Assembly: GCA_021771815.1 (NCBI GenBank)
Contig: JAETOE010000015.1
Location: forward strand, 3,778 to 67,777
DNA length: 64,000 nucleotides
Origin: Roseburia hominis
GTDB taxonomy: Bacteria; Bacillota; Clostridia; Lachnospirales; Lachnospiraceae
Direction of reading: 5' to 3'
In this document: positions 48,991 through 58,370 of the stretch, piece after piece
Layout of the letters: each line of letters starts with the position of its first letter
Position numbering within the stretch: the stretch's first letter is position 1
The notes under the pieces: generated by a model
The model's database searches: none
What the model was told of the DNA's origin: nothing
What the model saw: only the letters and a program-made list of their open reading frames with translations
Program-made: the position numbers and the translations under genes

Positions 48991-49848
48991 ATGTGGATAG
49001 CAGATAACTGGAAAGATTATGAAGTGATTGACTGTTCGAAAGGCGAAAAATTGGAGCGTTGGGAAAATTATATCCTCGTGCGCCCCGATCCCCAGGTCAT
49101 CTGGGATACGCCCAGAGCAGAAAAAGGGTGGCGCAAAATGAACGGGCACTACCACCGCAGCGCAAAGGGCGGCGGCGAGTGGGAGTTTTTTGATCTGCCC
49201 GAACAGTGGCAGATCCGCTATGGCAGTCTTACCTTCAACCTGAAGCCCTTCAGTTTCAAGCATACCGGACTTTTCCCGGAACAGGCTACCAACTGGGATT
49301 GGTTCTCCGCCAAAATCAGGAATTCAAATCGTCCGATCAAGGTCTTAAATCTCTTTGCCTACACGGGCGGAGCCACGCTTGCCGCAGCAGCCGCAGGCGC
49401 AAGCGTTACGCATGTGGACGCTTCCAAGGGGATGGTGACCTGGGCGAAGGAGAACGCCGTCTCCTCCGGGCTTAAAGATGCCCCCATCCGCTGGATCGTG
49501 GACGACTGCGTGAAATTCGTAGAGCGCGAGATCCGCCGCGGCAATCACTATGACGCGGTCATTATGGACCCGCCGTCCTACGGCAGAGGGCCAAAAGGGG
49601 AAATCTGGAAAATCGAGGACGCGGTCTATCCTCTCGTACAGCTCTGTGAACAGCTTCTTACGGACGATCCGCTGTTCTTTTTGATTAATTCCTATACGAC
49701 GGGCTTACAGCCCGCCGTGTTAAGCTACATGATGAATACCGCGCTAAAGAAGTACCACGGCACGATTACCGCGGATGAGATCGGGCTTCCCGTCTCCTCG
49801 AACGGACTGGTGCTGCCGTGCGGGGCAAGCGGAAGGTTCGAGCGGTAG
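48991..49848 (+). CDS. class I SAM-dependent methyltransferase (RlmI/RlmK-like)
   Basis: LNLFAYTGGATLAAA (motif I) and IMDPPSYG (motif IV). Confidence 0.75.
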   Translation: MWIADNWKDYEVIDCSKGEKLERWENYILVRPDPQVIWDTPRAEKGWRKMNGHYHRSAKGGGEWEFFDLPEQWQIRYGSLTFNLKPFSFKHTGLFPEQATNWDWFSAKIRNSNRPIKVLNLFAYTGGATLAAAAAGASVTHVDASKGMVTWAKENAVSSGLKDAPIRWIVDDCVKFVEREIRRGNHYDAVIMDPPSYGRGPKGEIWKIEDAVYPLVQLCEQLLTDDPLFFLINSYTTGLQPAVLSYMMNTALKKYHGTITADEIGLPVSSNGLVLPCGASGRFER

Positions 49849-49877
49849 AAACGTACGCCGCCAGACGCACGCAGAAG

Positions 49878-49918
49878 AAAAGCGGTTGTGTGAAGTTTTT
49901 TTCACGCAACCGCTTTTT
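49878..49918. terminator. bidirectional terminator
   Basis: AAAAGCGGTTG.GTGAA / TTCAC.CAACCGCTTTTT. Confidence 0.7.
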
Positions 49919-49933
49919 AACAGTTCATTTTTC

Positions 49934-50440
49934 CTACTTGACAATCTTAAATCTCTGATCAAACAACCCCTGCATAACATTATAGCCAACCCAGCAGCAC
50001 GAAACCATTAAAAAATATCCGGTATTTGCCATTGGCACAAGGTAATAACCCCATATCATCGCCTTTTCTTCCCCCATTCCCAGCCATCGCCAGATGTCAC
50101 AAAGCCACATCGTGTCGAACCAATAATTGGTTAATTCCTTCACCAGCATCAGCGCAAGCAATACCAGAATACAGCCCGCCTGTATCGCCAGATTGCCCCA
50201 GAATCTTGATGCGACGCGGGATTTCAACACAGATTTTGAATAAACCAGATGCTTGTGGTTCACTATTACGCAGGCTAACACTCCTGTTCCCAGCATCACA
50301 ATACATAACCAGATAATCCAATTTTCATCTACGCCTTTTGCTCTCTGATAATACCTCACAATGCAGTATGGATAGCTTATGATATAGCCGAGTATGCATA
50401 GAGCTATTGCTTTTCCGATTTCCTGTACTATTCTTTTCAT
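49934..50440 (-). CDS. hypothetical small membrane protein (168 aa, 4-5 TM)
   Basis: SD AGGGGAAA. Trp/Cys-rich hydrophobic sequence. Downstream of the secreted-protein gene. Confidence 0.6.
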   Translation of the reverse strand: MKRIVQEIGKAIALCILGYIISYPYCIVRYYQRAKGVDENWIIWLCIVMLGTGVLACVIVNHKHLVYSKSVLKSRVASRFWGNLAIQAGCILVLLALMLVKELTNYWFDTMWLCDIWRWLGMGEEKAMIWGYYLVPMANTGYFLMVSCCWVGYNVMQGLFDQRFKIVK

Positions 50441-50489
50441 TCACTATTTCCCCTATATATCAGCGCGAATTTCGGCAAGAAATATTATT

Positions 50490-51176
50490 TCAAGTTGTCA
50501 CATGATTCGTTACTCTTAAACGTAATTTTCTTCCATTAACCGACACCCATGTCTCAAGGCATAACCAAAGCGCCTCCATTCTGCTATTCCCGTTATAAGT
50601 AAAAGTGTTACCGCTCGGATATTGAGTAACATATAGCGGATCTGCCGTCTTTCCGCTTATACCATATCCCACTTCTCTCCCAGTTATCACATCATCCGAT
50701 GTACTCCATCCTCCTGTAACCCGGAGCAATCTGTTTTTCACTCCCAGATTATCAATCCACAAAATACTTCCATACGCATATGTGTGATCAACTGTTTCGC
50801 TCGTTTCAGAATCCGTCTTCTCACTGGAGGCAAACGCAGTTGTACAATACACTGTTCCGCCATCCTGTCCCGATTTTTCGATCCTTCCAAGTTCTCTGAC
50901 CGTCACATAGACATCAGCATCTTCCATTGTTCCATCTTCGTTTGTAATTGTGGCTTTGCAAGAATCCAGCATCTCTTCCGTAATGGGAATATCAGATATA
51001 CCCTCCTTTGCCCGCTCAAGCTCTACATCATAGTCCATGCTTTCCATCCATACATCAGTCATTTCAAGCATCTCGTCTTCTGTGCTTTCCGGCAGTTCAT
51101 TCGCTGCATACACACTGTCCGATAGACACAAAGAAATCACAACTGCCAGTGCCATAATTTTTCTTCCATTTTTCAT
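50490..51176 (-). CDS. hypothetical secreted protein (signal peptide, 228 aa)
   Basis: Start ATG 51176 follows GAAAGGAGAAGG. MKNGRKIMALAVVISLCLSDSVYA signal peptide, acidic N-terminal part, beta-rich C-terminal part. Confidence 0.6.
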   Translation of the reverse strand: MKNGRKIMALAVVISLCLSDSVYAANELPESTEDEMLEMTDVWMESMDYDVELERAKEGISDIPITEEMLDSCKATITNEDGTMEDADVYVTVRELGRIEKSGQDGGTVYCTTAFASSEKTDSETSETVDHTYAYGSILWIDNLGVKNRLLRVTGGWSTSDDVITGREVGYGISGKTADPLYVTQYPSGNTFTYNGNSRMEALWLCLETWVSVNGRKLRLRVTNHVTT

Positions 51177-51243
51177 AAAACCTTCTCCTTTCACATATGG
51201 ACTTTTTTTCTATGATAAGCGTTTCCACTTATCTATCAAGTCC

Positions 51244-51278
51244 TCTGGCACACTTTACCGATTTCTGGCACACTTTAC
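51244..51278 (-). promoter_or_regulatory. two perfect 15-bp direct repeats (20-bp period), candidate LytTR-regulator boxes
   Basis: Plus strand TCTGGCACACTTTAC at 51244-51258 and 51264-51278 (minus strand GTAAAGTGTGCCAGA). They overlap the kinase stop codon and lie about 70-100 nt upstream of the secreted-protein start. TTGATA..TATCAT promoter-like hexamers follow. Confidence 0.55.
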
Positions 51279-52567
51279 ACGGGAATACATATATGTACGA
51301 CAAATGTACTCTTCTTGCCGAATATCTCCATCGCCCCCTTATTTTCCGAAACAATTCTTTTTACGCTCTTTAATCCGATTCCATGCTCCAACTCTGCATT
51401 CAATTTCGTTGTCGCAAGCCGGGGATTATGTTCCAGCACAGGCTCTTCGACATAATTCTCCACAATCACATGCAGCATCTCCCCTTCTGTTCGAATGTTT
51501 AAAGAAATGCGGCGTAATTGCTCTGCCACATCTTCTTCCGCTTCAATTGCATTATCCAAAAGATTAGATAACATAATCCCATATTCCATATTATCCTGCA
51601 CCGTTTCCAATACGACATTTGCCGTAAATGTAATCTTGCGCTCCCTGCACCGCTGTGCCTTTTCGTTGATAACTGCGTTGAATACCATATCTTTGGTATA
51701 CCTTTGCCGCTTTAAAACCATCCTTTCACCAATCATCTGCTGCATATCGGATTCTACAAATTCGGATTGCCCCTCCCTCAGAAGCTGCAGGTAGGTGACA
51801 AAGTATCGTTTCATATCGTGACGCAGCATCTGCATTCTCCGGTAATCTTCCTCCTCAAATGCCTGCTGTTCCTGCTCGGAAATCCGCACTTTCAAAGCGA
51901 AATTTTCTAATGCGTAACAGTTCTGCTTATCGAAATTCTTTATCAGATACATCAAGGCTACAATTACTGCAAACAGCAGACCCCAAAAAAACACCTGCCA
52001 GCGCCATGGCAACGGCAGTGCAGCATAATCAATAAAGCTACACAAAAACAGCACCCCTATAAAGAGTACTGCACCCAGCACGCCCAGCAACAATAACTGA
52101 TTTCCTTTTAGTTTAATCTGTTTCTCCTGTCTGATAAGCATGCATGCCGTCAAAAGATATAACGAACCTATAAAAATTCTGCCGACAATACGCGGCATAG
52201 CACCGATTCCCTGCGTAATAAATATAGCTGCCCTGCCGTCGCCGAAAACGAACAATAGCTTTGTCTCCGCCACATTAACCGCTAACCAGATTGCATTTAT
52301 CAGTAACAAAGTCTGTACCTTCCGCCGATATCCTCCCTGTAATAAGCTCCACGCAAAAAGGAAATCGACAGTGCTCGTCAGCGTCATCTGTAGAATCAGT
52401 GACAAAGCATTGCAATATAACAAGACAAAACGCAGCAAAAACCAGATTCCGATCCCCGTAAATTTCATTTTAAGTTTAGGCGCATATTTTTCACATAATA
52501 CCCATATCGCCGCCCCTGCTCCAGCTGCACCCACATAAATTTCCGCTATACAATCTAAAAATTCCAA
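51275..52567 (-). CDS. GHKL-type sensor histidine kinase (AgrC/LytS-like, 6-7 TM)
   Basis: Polytopic N-terminal half. C-terminal LSNLLDNAIEA (N-box) and EHGIGLKSV (G-box), typical of kinases partnered with LytTR regulators. Confidence 0.8.
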   Translation of the reverse strand: MEFLDCIAEIYVGAAGAGAAIWVLCEKYAPKLKMKFTGIGIWFLLRFVLLYCNALSLILQMTLTSTVDFLFAWSLLQGGYRRKVQTLLLINAIWLAVNVAETKLLFVFGDGRAAIFITQGIGAMPRIVGRIFIGSLYLLTACMLIRQEKQIKLKGNQLLLLGVLGAVLFIGVLFLCSFIDYAALPLPWRWQVFFWGLLFAVIVALMYLIKNFDKQNCYALENFALKVRISEQEQQAFEEEDYRRMQMLRHDMKRYFVTYLQLLREGQSEFVESDMQQMIGERMVLKRQRYTKDMVFNAVINEKAQRCRERKITFTANVVLETVQDNMEYGIMLSNLLDNAIEAEEDVAEQLRRISLNIRTEGEMLHVIVENYVEEPVLEHNPRLATTKLNAELEHGIGLKSVKRIVSENKGAMEIFGKKSTFVVHICIPV

Positions 52568-53283
52568 TTTCCTTTCTCCCTGACATACTCCATATATGTG
52601 TGCTTTACATCCTCATATCTTCCTCTGGCTATTGTAATCTCCTTTCCGGAAGTCAATTCTACTTTCCCGCTCCTTAACGCCCGGACATATCTGCAGTTAA
52701 TGAGATATCCAATATTCGCTCTGACAAATCCCTTGCCCTTAAGCCTCTTCTCGTAGTCAGACAACTTTCCCCGAACCTCAAATTTTTCATTTATACAATA
52801 CACCGTCAAATAATGACGGTTGCTCTCCATATATAAAATATCTTTCTTTTGCACATATACGATTCCTTGACGCGTCACGATTTCCATCAGGCAGTCATGA
52901 TGTTCCCGCCCCTTGCGCCATGCCATAAGCGCCTCCGGCAATTCCTCTCCCATGCGTTCTTTTCTGATAAATCGAAACGGCGCATAACGAATTGCTTCAA
53001 ACACCATTTCCCCATGGTTACTGACAAAGATAATTGTCGCCTGCAAATCCTTATGCCTGATTTGTTCTGCAAGCTGCAGTCCCGGCACATCCGGCATATC
53101 AATGTCAAGCATATAAAGTCCTGCCTCTTTCTCAATATCCGATACCAGTTCCCCACCCTTAGAATATACTTTAAGGATGCAATTCTCTCCTTCTTTTTCT
53201 ATCCAATCTGCTATTTCCTTTTCCAATCTTTTTAGAAAGAGTTCATCATCATCACATATATAAATATAGCCTTTTCCCTGCAC
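52555..53283 (-). CDS. LytR/AlgR (LytTR) family response regulator
   Basis: Receiver (IYICDDDE..MLDIDMPDVPG) plus LytTR domain (ILYMESNRHYLTVY..GFVRANIGYLIN). GTG start. Confidence 0.85.
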   Translation of the reverse strand: MQGKGYIYICDDDELFLKRLEKEIADWIEKEGENCILKVYSKGGELVSDIEKEAGLYMLDIDMPDVPGLQLAEQIRHKDLQATIIFVSNHGEMVFEAIRYAPFRFIRKERMGEELPEALMAWRKGREHHDCLMEIVTRQGIVYVQKKDILYMESNRHYLTVYCINEKFEVRGKLSDYEKRLKGKGFVRANIGYLINCRYVRALRSGKVELTSGKEITIARGRYEDVKHTYMEYVREKGNWNF

Positions 53284-53383
53284 TGTGTTCCCACCATTCT
53301 GTATACTTTACATGTCCATTCCTTATTTGCACAATTGTAATCACTACATTTATCGGCTATTTTATGTAAAGTTTTAACCGCCT

Positions 53384-54454
53384 TCATTTACCGGTAAGCC
53401 TATTCAGATAGCCCTCCGCCGCCCGCACAGTATTCACCATATACTCCATCGCCTCCACCGGGTGCTCTCCCGCGGCAGTTTCCCCGGTCAGCATCACAGA
53501 TGCCGCGCCTTGCTGTGTTGCGCGGAAAATGTCTGATACCTCTGCTCTGGTCGGAACTGCCGTCCGTTCCATGGATGCCAGCATCTGCGTAACGACCATG
53601 AACGGCTTTCCCACCTCCCTGCATGCCGTCGCAATCTGCTCCTGTACGACCGGAAGTTCCCAGAGGGGCATCGCATTTCCAAGATCACCTCGGGCAATGA
53701 CGATTTCGTCGCAGTATGGCAGCAGCTCCGGAAGCCGCTTGACCCCATCCATATTTTCGATTTTCGCAAAAATACGGACATCTCCCGCATCCGCATCTAT
53801 TAAAGCCTGTTTTAAGTTCCTTAAATCATCCTGATTTCGTACAAACGGAAGCATTACTCCCGTGATCCCGTATTCCTTTGCCAGACGAATATTCTCCAAA
53901 TCGCTTTCCGTCAAGGTCGGAGACTCTATCGTGATCCCCGGAAGGGCAATACTCTTTCCGCTCTTTAACACCCCCGCGCGCACCACTTTGCATTCTGCCG
54001 CGTATCCTATTCTATCGCGGAATAGTTCTTCTGCTTCCAGCAGAATCATCCCATCATCCACAAGAATCTGCTGACCACTCGCAAGATGCGGCAAGACAGG
54101 TTCGGGGACCGGAAGTTCTGTGGGATCAAACAGATTATTCCGCCCCTCTGCTACAAGTGTCAGCATATCTCCCGCACGCAGCTCCCGCTCTATCCTCAAT
54201 CTCCCAAGGCGCAGCTCCGGTCCGCAAAGATCCATCAGAATTTCCGGCTTAGTCTTATTTGCATTGTCAGCTCTGCATTGCTCTGTTTTCTTATATGCAA
54301 ATTTAATATTTTTAATCCACTCTGAACACGCAGACAAATCAGAATGTGACAGATTGATCCGTATACCTGTCATTCCTTTTTCAAATAAACGGACCAGCGT
54401 GTCCGTATCGTGGCAGGCTGGTCCGATTGTTCCGTAAATTTTTGTACACATCAT
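53384..54454 (-). CDS. pyruvate kinase-family protein lacking the C-terminal allosteric domain (356 aa)
   Basis: GIRINLSH, FAKIEN, IARGDLG, VTQMLASM and PTRAEVSD motifs are present. The protein ends right after the A domain. Confidence 0.7.
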   Translation of the reverse strand: MMCTKIYGTIGPACHDTDTLVRLFEKGMTGIRINLSHSDLSACSEWIKNIKFAYKKTEQCRADNANKTKPEILMDLCGPELRLGRLRIERELRAGDMLTLVAEGRNNLFDPTELPVPEPVLPHLASGQQILVDDGMILLEAEELFRDRIGYAAECKVVRAGVLKSGKSIALPGITIESPTLTESDLENIRLAKEYGITGVMLPFVRNQDDLRNLKQALIDADAGDVRIFAKIENMDGVKRLPELLPYCDEIVIARGDLGNAMPLWELPVVQEQIATACREVGKPFMVVTQMLASMERTAVPTRAEVSDIFRATQQGAASVMLTGETAAGEHPVEAMEYMVNTVRAAEGYLNRLTGK

Positions 54455-54643
54455 TTCTTCTTTCTTCCTAATAAAATCTCATTTTGTATATTTTATTATA
54501 TCTTCTTATAACTTTTGAACAATTATCTACGCATAACTTACACAATAATCATCTGCCTATAATTTCCCAAATACTTATCTACCCATGATTTTTACACAAT
54601 GATTATTGCTTATCGCATTAATCTGCTTACAATGTTTACCTAC

Positions 54644-55591
54644 TTATAACATTTTCTTCTTGCGCAGAACGAACATGGTAATGATGCAGATCAGCAGCGT
54701 AAGCACACAGATAATCAGAAAGCCATGCGGCGTATCTGCAAACGGCATCCAACGCTCATCCACATTCATTCCGTAGATTCCCGAAATGACAGTGGGAATC
54801 GCCATTACAATTGTAATCGAAGTCAGATACTTCATGACATTGTTCAGGCGGTTATCTATCACAGATGACATCAGTTCCCGCGTACCGTTGATGATATCAC
54901 GGTAAATCGATGTCATCTCGATTGCCTGCTGATTCTCGACAATCACATCCCCGAGAAGCTCCTTATCCTCTGGATACTGTTCCAGGCGCTTGTAGCGCGT
55001 CAGACGGTCTAAAACCACACCGTTCGCCCGAAGCGACGTTGCGAAGTAGACCAGTGTAGACTCCAACTCATGAAGATCGATCAGATCGACGTCCTCCGTG
55101 TGCTCCCCGATCCGCTCCTCGATTTCTGTCCTCCGCTTATCAATGATGCGCAGGTTCATCTGATAAATTGCCGCGGTGCGGTACAGAATCTGATACACAA
55201 AGCGCAGACGCTTTTTCGTGCTGAATTCCTTCACCCTGTTCTGCACAAAATTCTTAAGCACCGGCGTATCCTCCGTGCAGACCGTCACAATAATATCCTG
55301 CGTCAGAATAATGCCAAGCGGGATAGTCGTATATGACTGCTTGTCATGACGTATCTCTGTCGTCGGAATATCCACAAGAATAAGCGTATAGCCGTCCTGC
55401 AGTTCAATACGGGAACTCTCCTCCTCATCGAGCGCTGCCTTGATATCGTCAATATCGACATTCAGCGTCTCCGCAAGGCTTTCGCACTCCTGTTGGGACG
55501 GACTTATCATCTGAACCCATACGCCCCCCTGCAGCCGCTCTTCCTCATGTATCACCTGATTATCCGTCATAAAATACTTTATCATATTCAC
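54644..55591 (-). CDS. corA: CorA-family magnesium/cobalt transporter
   Basis: YGMNV (GMN) motif ahead of the last TM. 315 aa. Confidence 0.9.
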   Translation of the reverse strand: MNMIKYFMTDNQVIHEEERLQGGVWVQMISPSQQECESLAETLNVDIDDIKAALDEEESSRIELQDGYTLILVDIPTTEIRHDKQSYTTIPLGIILTQDIIVTVCTEDTPVLKNFVQNRVKEFSTKKRLRFVYQILYRTAAIYQMNLRIIDKRRTEIEERIGEHTEDVDLIDLHELESTLVYFATSLRANGVVLDRLTRYKRLEQYPEDKELLGDVIVENQQAIEMTSIYRDIINGTRELMSSVIDNRLNNVMKYLTSITIVMAIPTVISGIYGMNVDERWMPFADTPHGFLIICVLTLLICIITMFVLRKKKML

Positions 55592-55757
55592 GCCCTATCC
55601 CCCGGACTCCGGAGGCCTTTCCATCCGTTTGTTCCCTCACGCGGCAGAAAAATTCCACAAAAGAACAAAAGCCTTCGGAGTCCGAAAGCTTTTGCTCTTT
55701 TTTATCATACCACAGTTTCCGTGGCACTGCCATGTAAAAATATAAATTTGTTGTAAA

Positions 55758-56738
55758 TCAGCTTTTTCTCTCGGGAAGCTGTACCAAGATAATCGCCGCA
55801 AACATAAGCCCGCATCCCGTAAGCTCCCACGCAGACAGCGCCTGTCCCAGAATAAGCCATCCGGCAATAACAGACACCACAGACTCAAGGCTTAAGATCA
55901 AAGACGCCACCGTCGGATTCATCCCTCTTTGTCCTACGATCTGCAGCGTATACGCCACACCACAGGAAAGTACGCCCGCATAGAGGATCGGCGCCCACGC
56001 CTGTAAAATGCTTGCCATAACCGGCTCTTCAAACAGGAGCATCCCGATTCCCGAAAGCAGCGCGCACACAAAGAACTGGATGCACGACATTTTCACTCCG
56101 TCTACTTTCGGTGCAAAGTAATCAATTACCAGAATGTGCACAGAAAATGCCAGCGCACACAAAAGTACCAGAAAATCCCCTCTCTGTAAGGAAAATCCGC
56201 CGTCTGTCATACAAAGCATGTAGAGTCCCGCCGCAGCGATCACAACGGCAATCCAGACCCGCAGTCCCGCTTTCTTTCGAAGGAAAATGCCAAGAATCGG
56301 CACGAGGACAATATACATCGCCGTGATAAAGCCCGCTTTTCCGACCGTTGTATACTGGATGCCTATCTGCTGCAGATTGCACGCGATAAAAAGCAGGATG
56401 CCGCAGCTTATCCCGCCGCGCAGAAGCGTGCGTTTCTCCTTACGTTCCGTCACATTCACTTCTTTTGCCGTAGATGTTCCTTCCGTCGCCGCCTGCACGC
56501 TTTCTGTGTTCGCTGCTCCCTGCTTTCTCACAATTTCCCCTGCGCCTGTCCGAGCGTTTATTTTGTTAAGAACCGCGATACACGGCAGCAGCACAAACCC
56601 GCCGATCAGATTTCGCACCGTATTGAAGGTGAACGGTCCTACATAGTCCATCCCGACGCTCTGCGCCACAAACGCCGCGCCCCAGATTGCCGCCGTCATA
56701 AAAAGCAACAGCGACTGCCTTATGATAAATTTGTTCAT
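55758..56738 (-). CDS. DMT/EamA-family transporter
   Basis: 326 aa, 10 TM with a central hydrophilic loop. Confidence 0.8.
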   Translation of the reverse strand: MNKFIIRQSLLLFMTAAIWGAAFVAQSVGMDYVGPFTFNTVRNLIGGFVLLPCIAVLNKINARTGAGEIVRKQGAANTESVQAATEGTSTAKEVNVTERKEKRTLLRGGISCGILLFIACNLQQIGIQYTTVGKAGFITAMYIVLVPILGIFLRKKAGLRVWIAVVIAAAGLYMLCMTDGGFSLQRGDFLVLLCALAFSVHILVIDYFAPKVDGVKMSCIQFFVCALLSGIGMLLFEEPVMASILQAWAPILYAGVLSCGVAYTLQIVGQRGMNPTVASLILSLESVVSVIAGWLILGQALSAWELTGCGLMFAAIILVQLPERKS

Positions 56739-56755
56739 TTCGTTTTCTACTTCCT

Positions 56756-57610
56756 TTATTCATTTAGCTTGTAACCGTGATCCAGAGGACCGCTGCCCTT
56801 CCCGAGCTTAAGCATCGCCGCAATCGCCCCGGAAAGATATTCCTTTGCCTGCGCAACTGCCGCGTCAAGCGGCAGTTCCTTCGCCAGATTTGACGCAATT
56901 GCGGAAGAGAGCGTGCACCCGGTCCCATGTGTATTGGGATTGTCGATCCGCCGCCCTGCGTACCAGCGGATTACGCCCGCCGGCTTCTTCGGCTGCCACA
57001 GCGCATCGTCCGCGCCGCCCGCCGGCTTCTTTGGCTGCCACAGCACATCGTCCGCGCCGCCTGCCGCGTGCCCGCCCTTCAGCAGTACAGCACAGCCGTA
57101 TTTCTCCCCCATCTCCGCCGCTGCGCGCTCCATCGCCGCAGTGTCTGCTATCTTCCTTCTACAGATGACTTCCGCCTCGGGAATGTTGGGCGTGATGAGC
57201 GCCGCCATAGGAAAGAGTTCCCGCTCCATAACCGCAATCGCATCCTCCGCCATTAGTCTGTCACCGCCAGACGAGATCATCACCGGATCCAACACCACGT
57301 TTTTCGCCTGATATTTTCGCAGCACTTCCGCGATCGCACAAATTTGCTCCGCCGACGCGGCCATCCCGATTTTGACGGCGTCGGGGTAAATATCGGTAAA
57401 CACCGCTTCCATCTGCTGTGTCAGAAATTCCGGCGCCACCTCCATAATCCCCGTCACACCGCACGTATTCTGCGCTGTCAGCGCCGTCACTGCGCTCATG
57501 GCGTACACGCCGTTCGCAAGCATTGTCTTGATGTCTGCCTGGATTCCGGCGCCTCCTGAAGAATCGCTCCCCGCAATCGTCAACGCCGTCTTTCTTCCGC
57601 TATTCTCCAT
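56756..57610 (-). CDS. thiD: hydroxymethylpyrimidine/phosphomethylpyrimidine kinase ThiD (with a 14-aa tandem duplication)
   Basis: Start ATG 57610 ([29 protein letters not shown]) follows [19 protein letters not shown]. The first 126 codons of the track ORF are spurious. Confidence 0.88.
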   Translation of the reverse strand: MENSGRKTALTIAGSDSSGGAGIQADIKTMLANGVYAMSAVTALTAQNTCGVTGIMEVAPEFLTQQMEAVFTDIYPDAVKIGMAASAEQICAIAEVLRKYQAKNVVLDPVMISSGGDRLMAEDAIAVMERELFPMAALITPNIPEAEVICRRKIADTAAMERAAAEMGEKYGCAVLLKGGHAAGGADDVLWQPKKPAGGADDALWQPKKPAGVIRWYAGRRIDNPNTHGTGCTLSSAIASNLAKELPLDAAVAQAKEYLSGAIAAMLKLGKGSGPLDHGYKLNE

Positions 57611-57873
57611 ATGTATCCGCTCCTTCCTGCCGCCACATTCGTTCCTCTGTCCGCGCCGGTTTCTCCCTGCGCCGGAACCCCGTCCACATAAAGCGGCATT
57701 CCAAATACAAGCACGTCCGCCGCCGCCAGTTTTTCCTGCAATGCAGGGATATCCTTTACCTGATTCAACTGGATACGCTCGCACGGCTCCGTAAGCAGTC
57801 CTTCCAACAATCCCAGAAAATAATTTGAATTGCTCTTCTCTCCCCGAAAACTGCAATTTAATAAGATTACCAT
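57580..57873 (-). pseudogene. truncated flavodoxin-like/NAD(P)H-dependent FMN reductase fragment
   Basis: [39 protein letters not shown] resembles the N-terminal half of flavodoxin-family reductases. The frame then runs into the thiD start region. Confidence 0.4.
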
Positions 57874-58370
57874 GTGAACGCCTCCATGATCTCCTCAACA
57901 GATTCCGCAAAGGAAATCTGCCCGACTTTCGCCCCAAAATTGACTGCATTCGCTTCCACAAGCCGTCTTGCCGTATCCTTTTCCGCATCCGTCAGATGAT
58001 CCCCATAGAAAAATGCACGGATTCTCATGTGATTTTTGTAACGCGCCCTATGGTGCATTTCCCCACCGCGAATCTGAAAGTAGGGCAACACATACGAAAT
58101 CGACCGGTCCATCACATTTTTCACAAACGAGCTGTAGCTCCCGAAACTGCAACGGCTTATAATCACAAGCTCCTCCGTCTTCCCGTATAGTTCTCCAAGC
58201 TTTTGATATGCATCCGCAAGCACGCACTGCCCGGGCGTTTTCACCCAGCATCCAAAACAACCGATACATTTCTTCATATTGCCGTTATTCAGAATGATTT
58301 CCACATCCGACGGCATTTCTCCGAACTTCGCCCACTCTTCCACGGACAGATCACATATCACAGTTCTCAT
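57867..58370 (-). CDS. flavodoxin-family protein (CxGCFxCW-type)
   Basis: KKCIGCFGCWVKTPGQC motif. 167 aa. Confidence 0.5.
   Translation of the reverse strand: MRTVICDLSVEEWAKFGEMPSDVEIILNNGNMKKCIGCFGCWVKTPGQCVLADAYQKLGELYGKTEELVIISRCSFGSYSSFVKNVMDRSISYVLPYFQIRGGEMHHRARYKNHMRIRAFFYGDHLTDAEKDTARRLVEANAVNFGAKVGQISFAESVEEIMEAFTW

Noticed and set aside
55592-55757. M-box (Mg) riboswitch upstream of corA
   Set aside because: Only about 100 nt remain after the EamA terminator hairpin (about 55662-55698), and I see no M-box-like conserved blocks. I noted a 9-nt complementarity between CGGACTCCG in the terminator loop and CGGAGTCCG near the corA SD, but judged it too speculative.
57611-57988. N-terminal 126-codon extension of the thiD ORF
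   Set aside because: It is Arg/Gly-rich read-through of the antisense or shifted flavodoxin region. The canonical ThiD N-terminus with a good SD starts at 57610.
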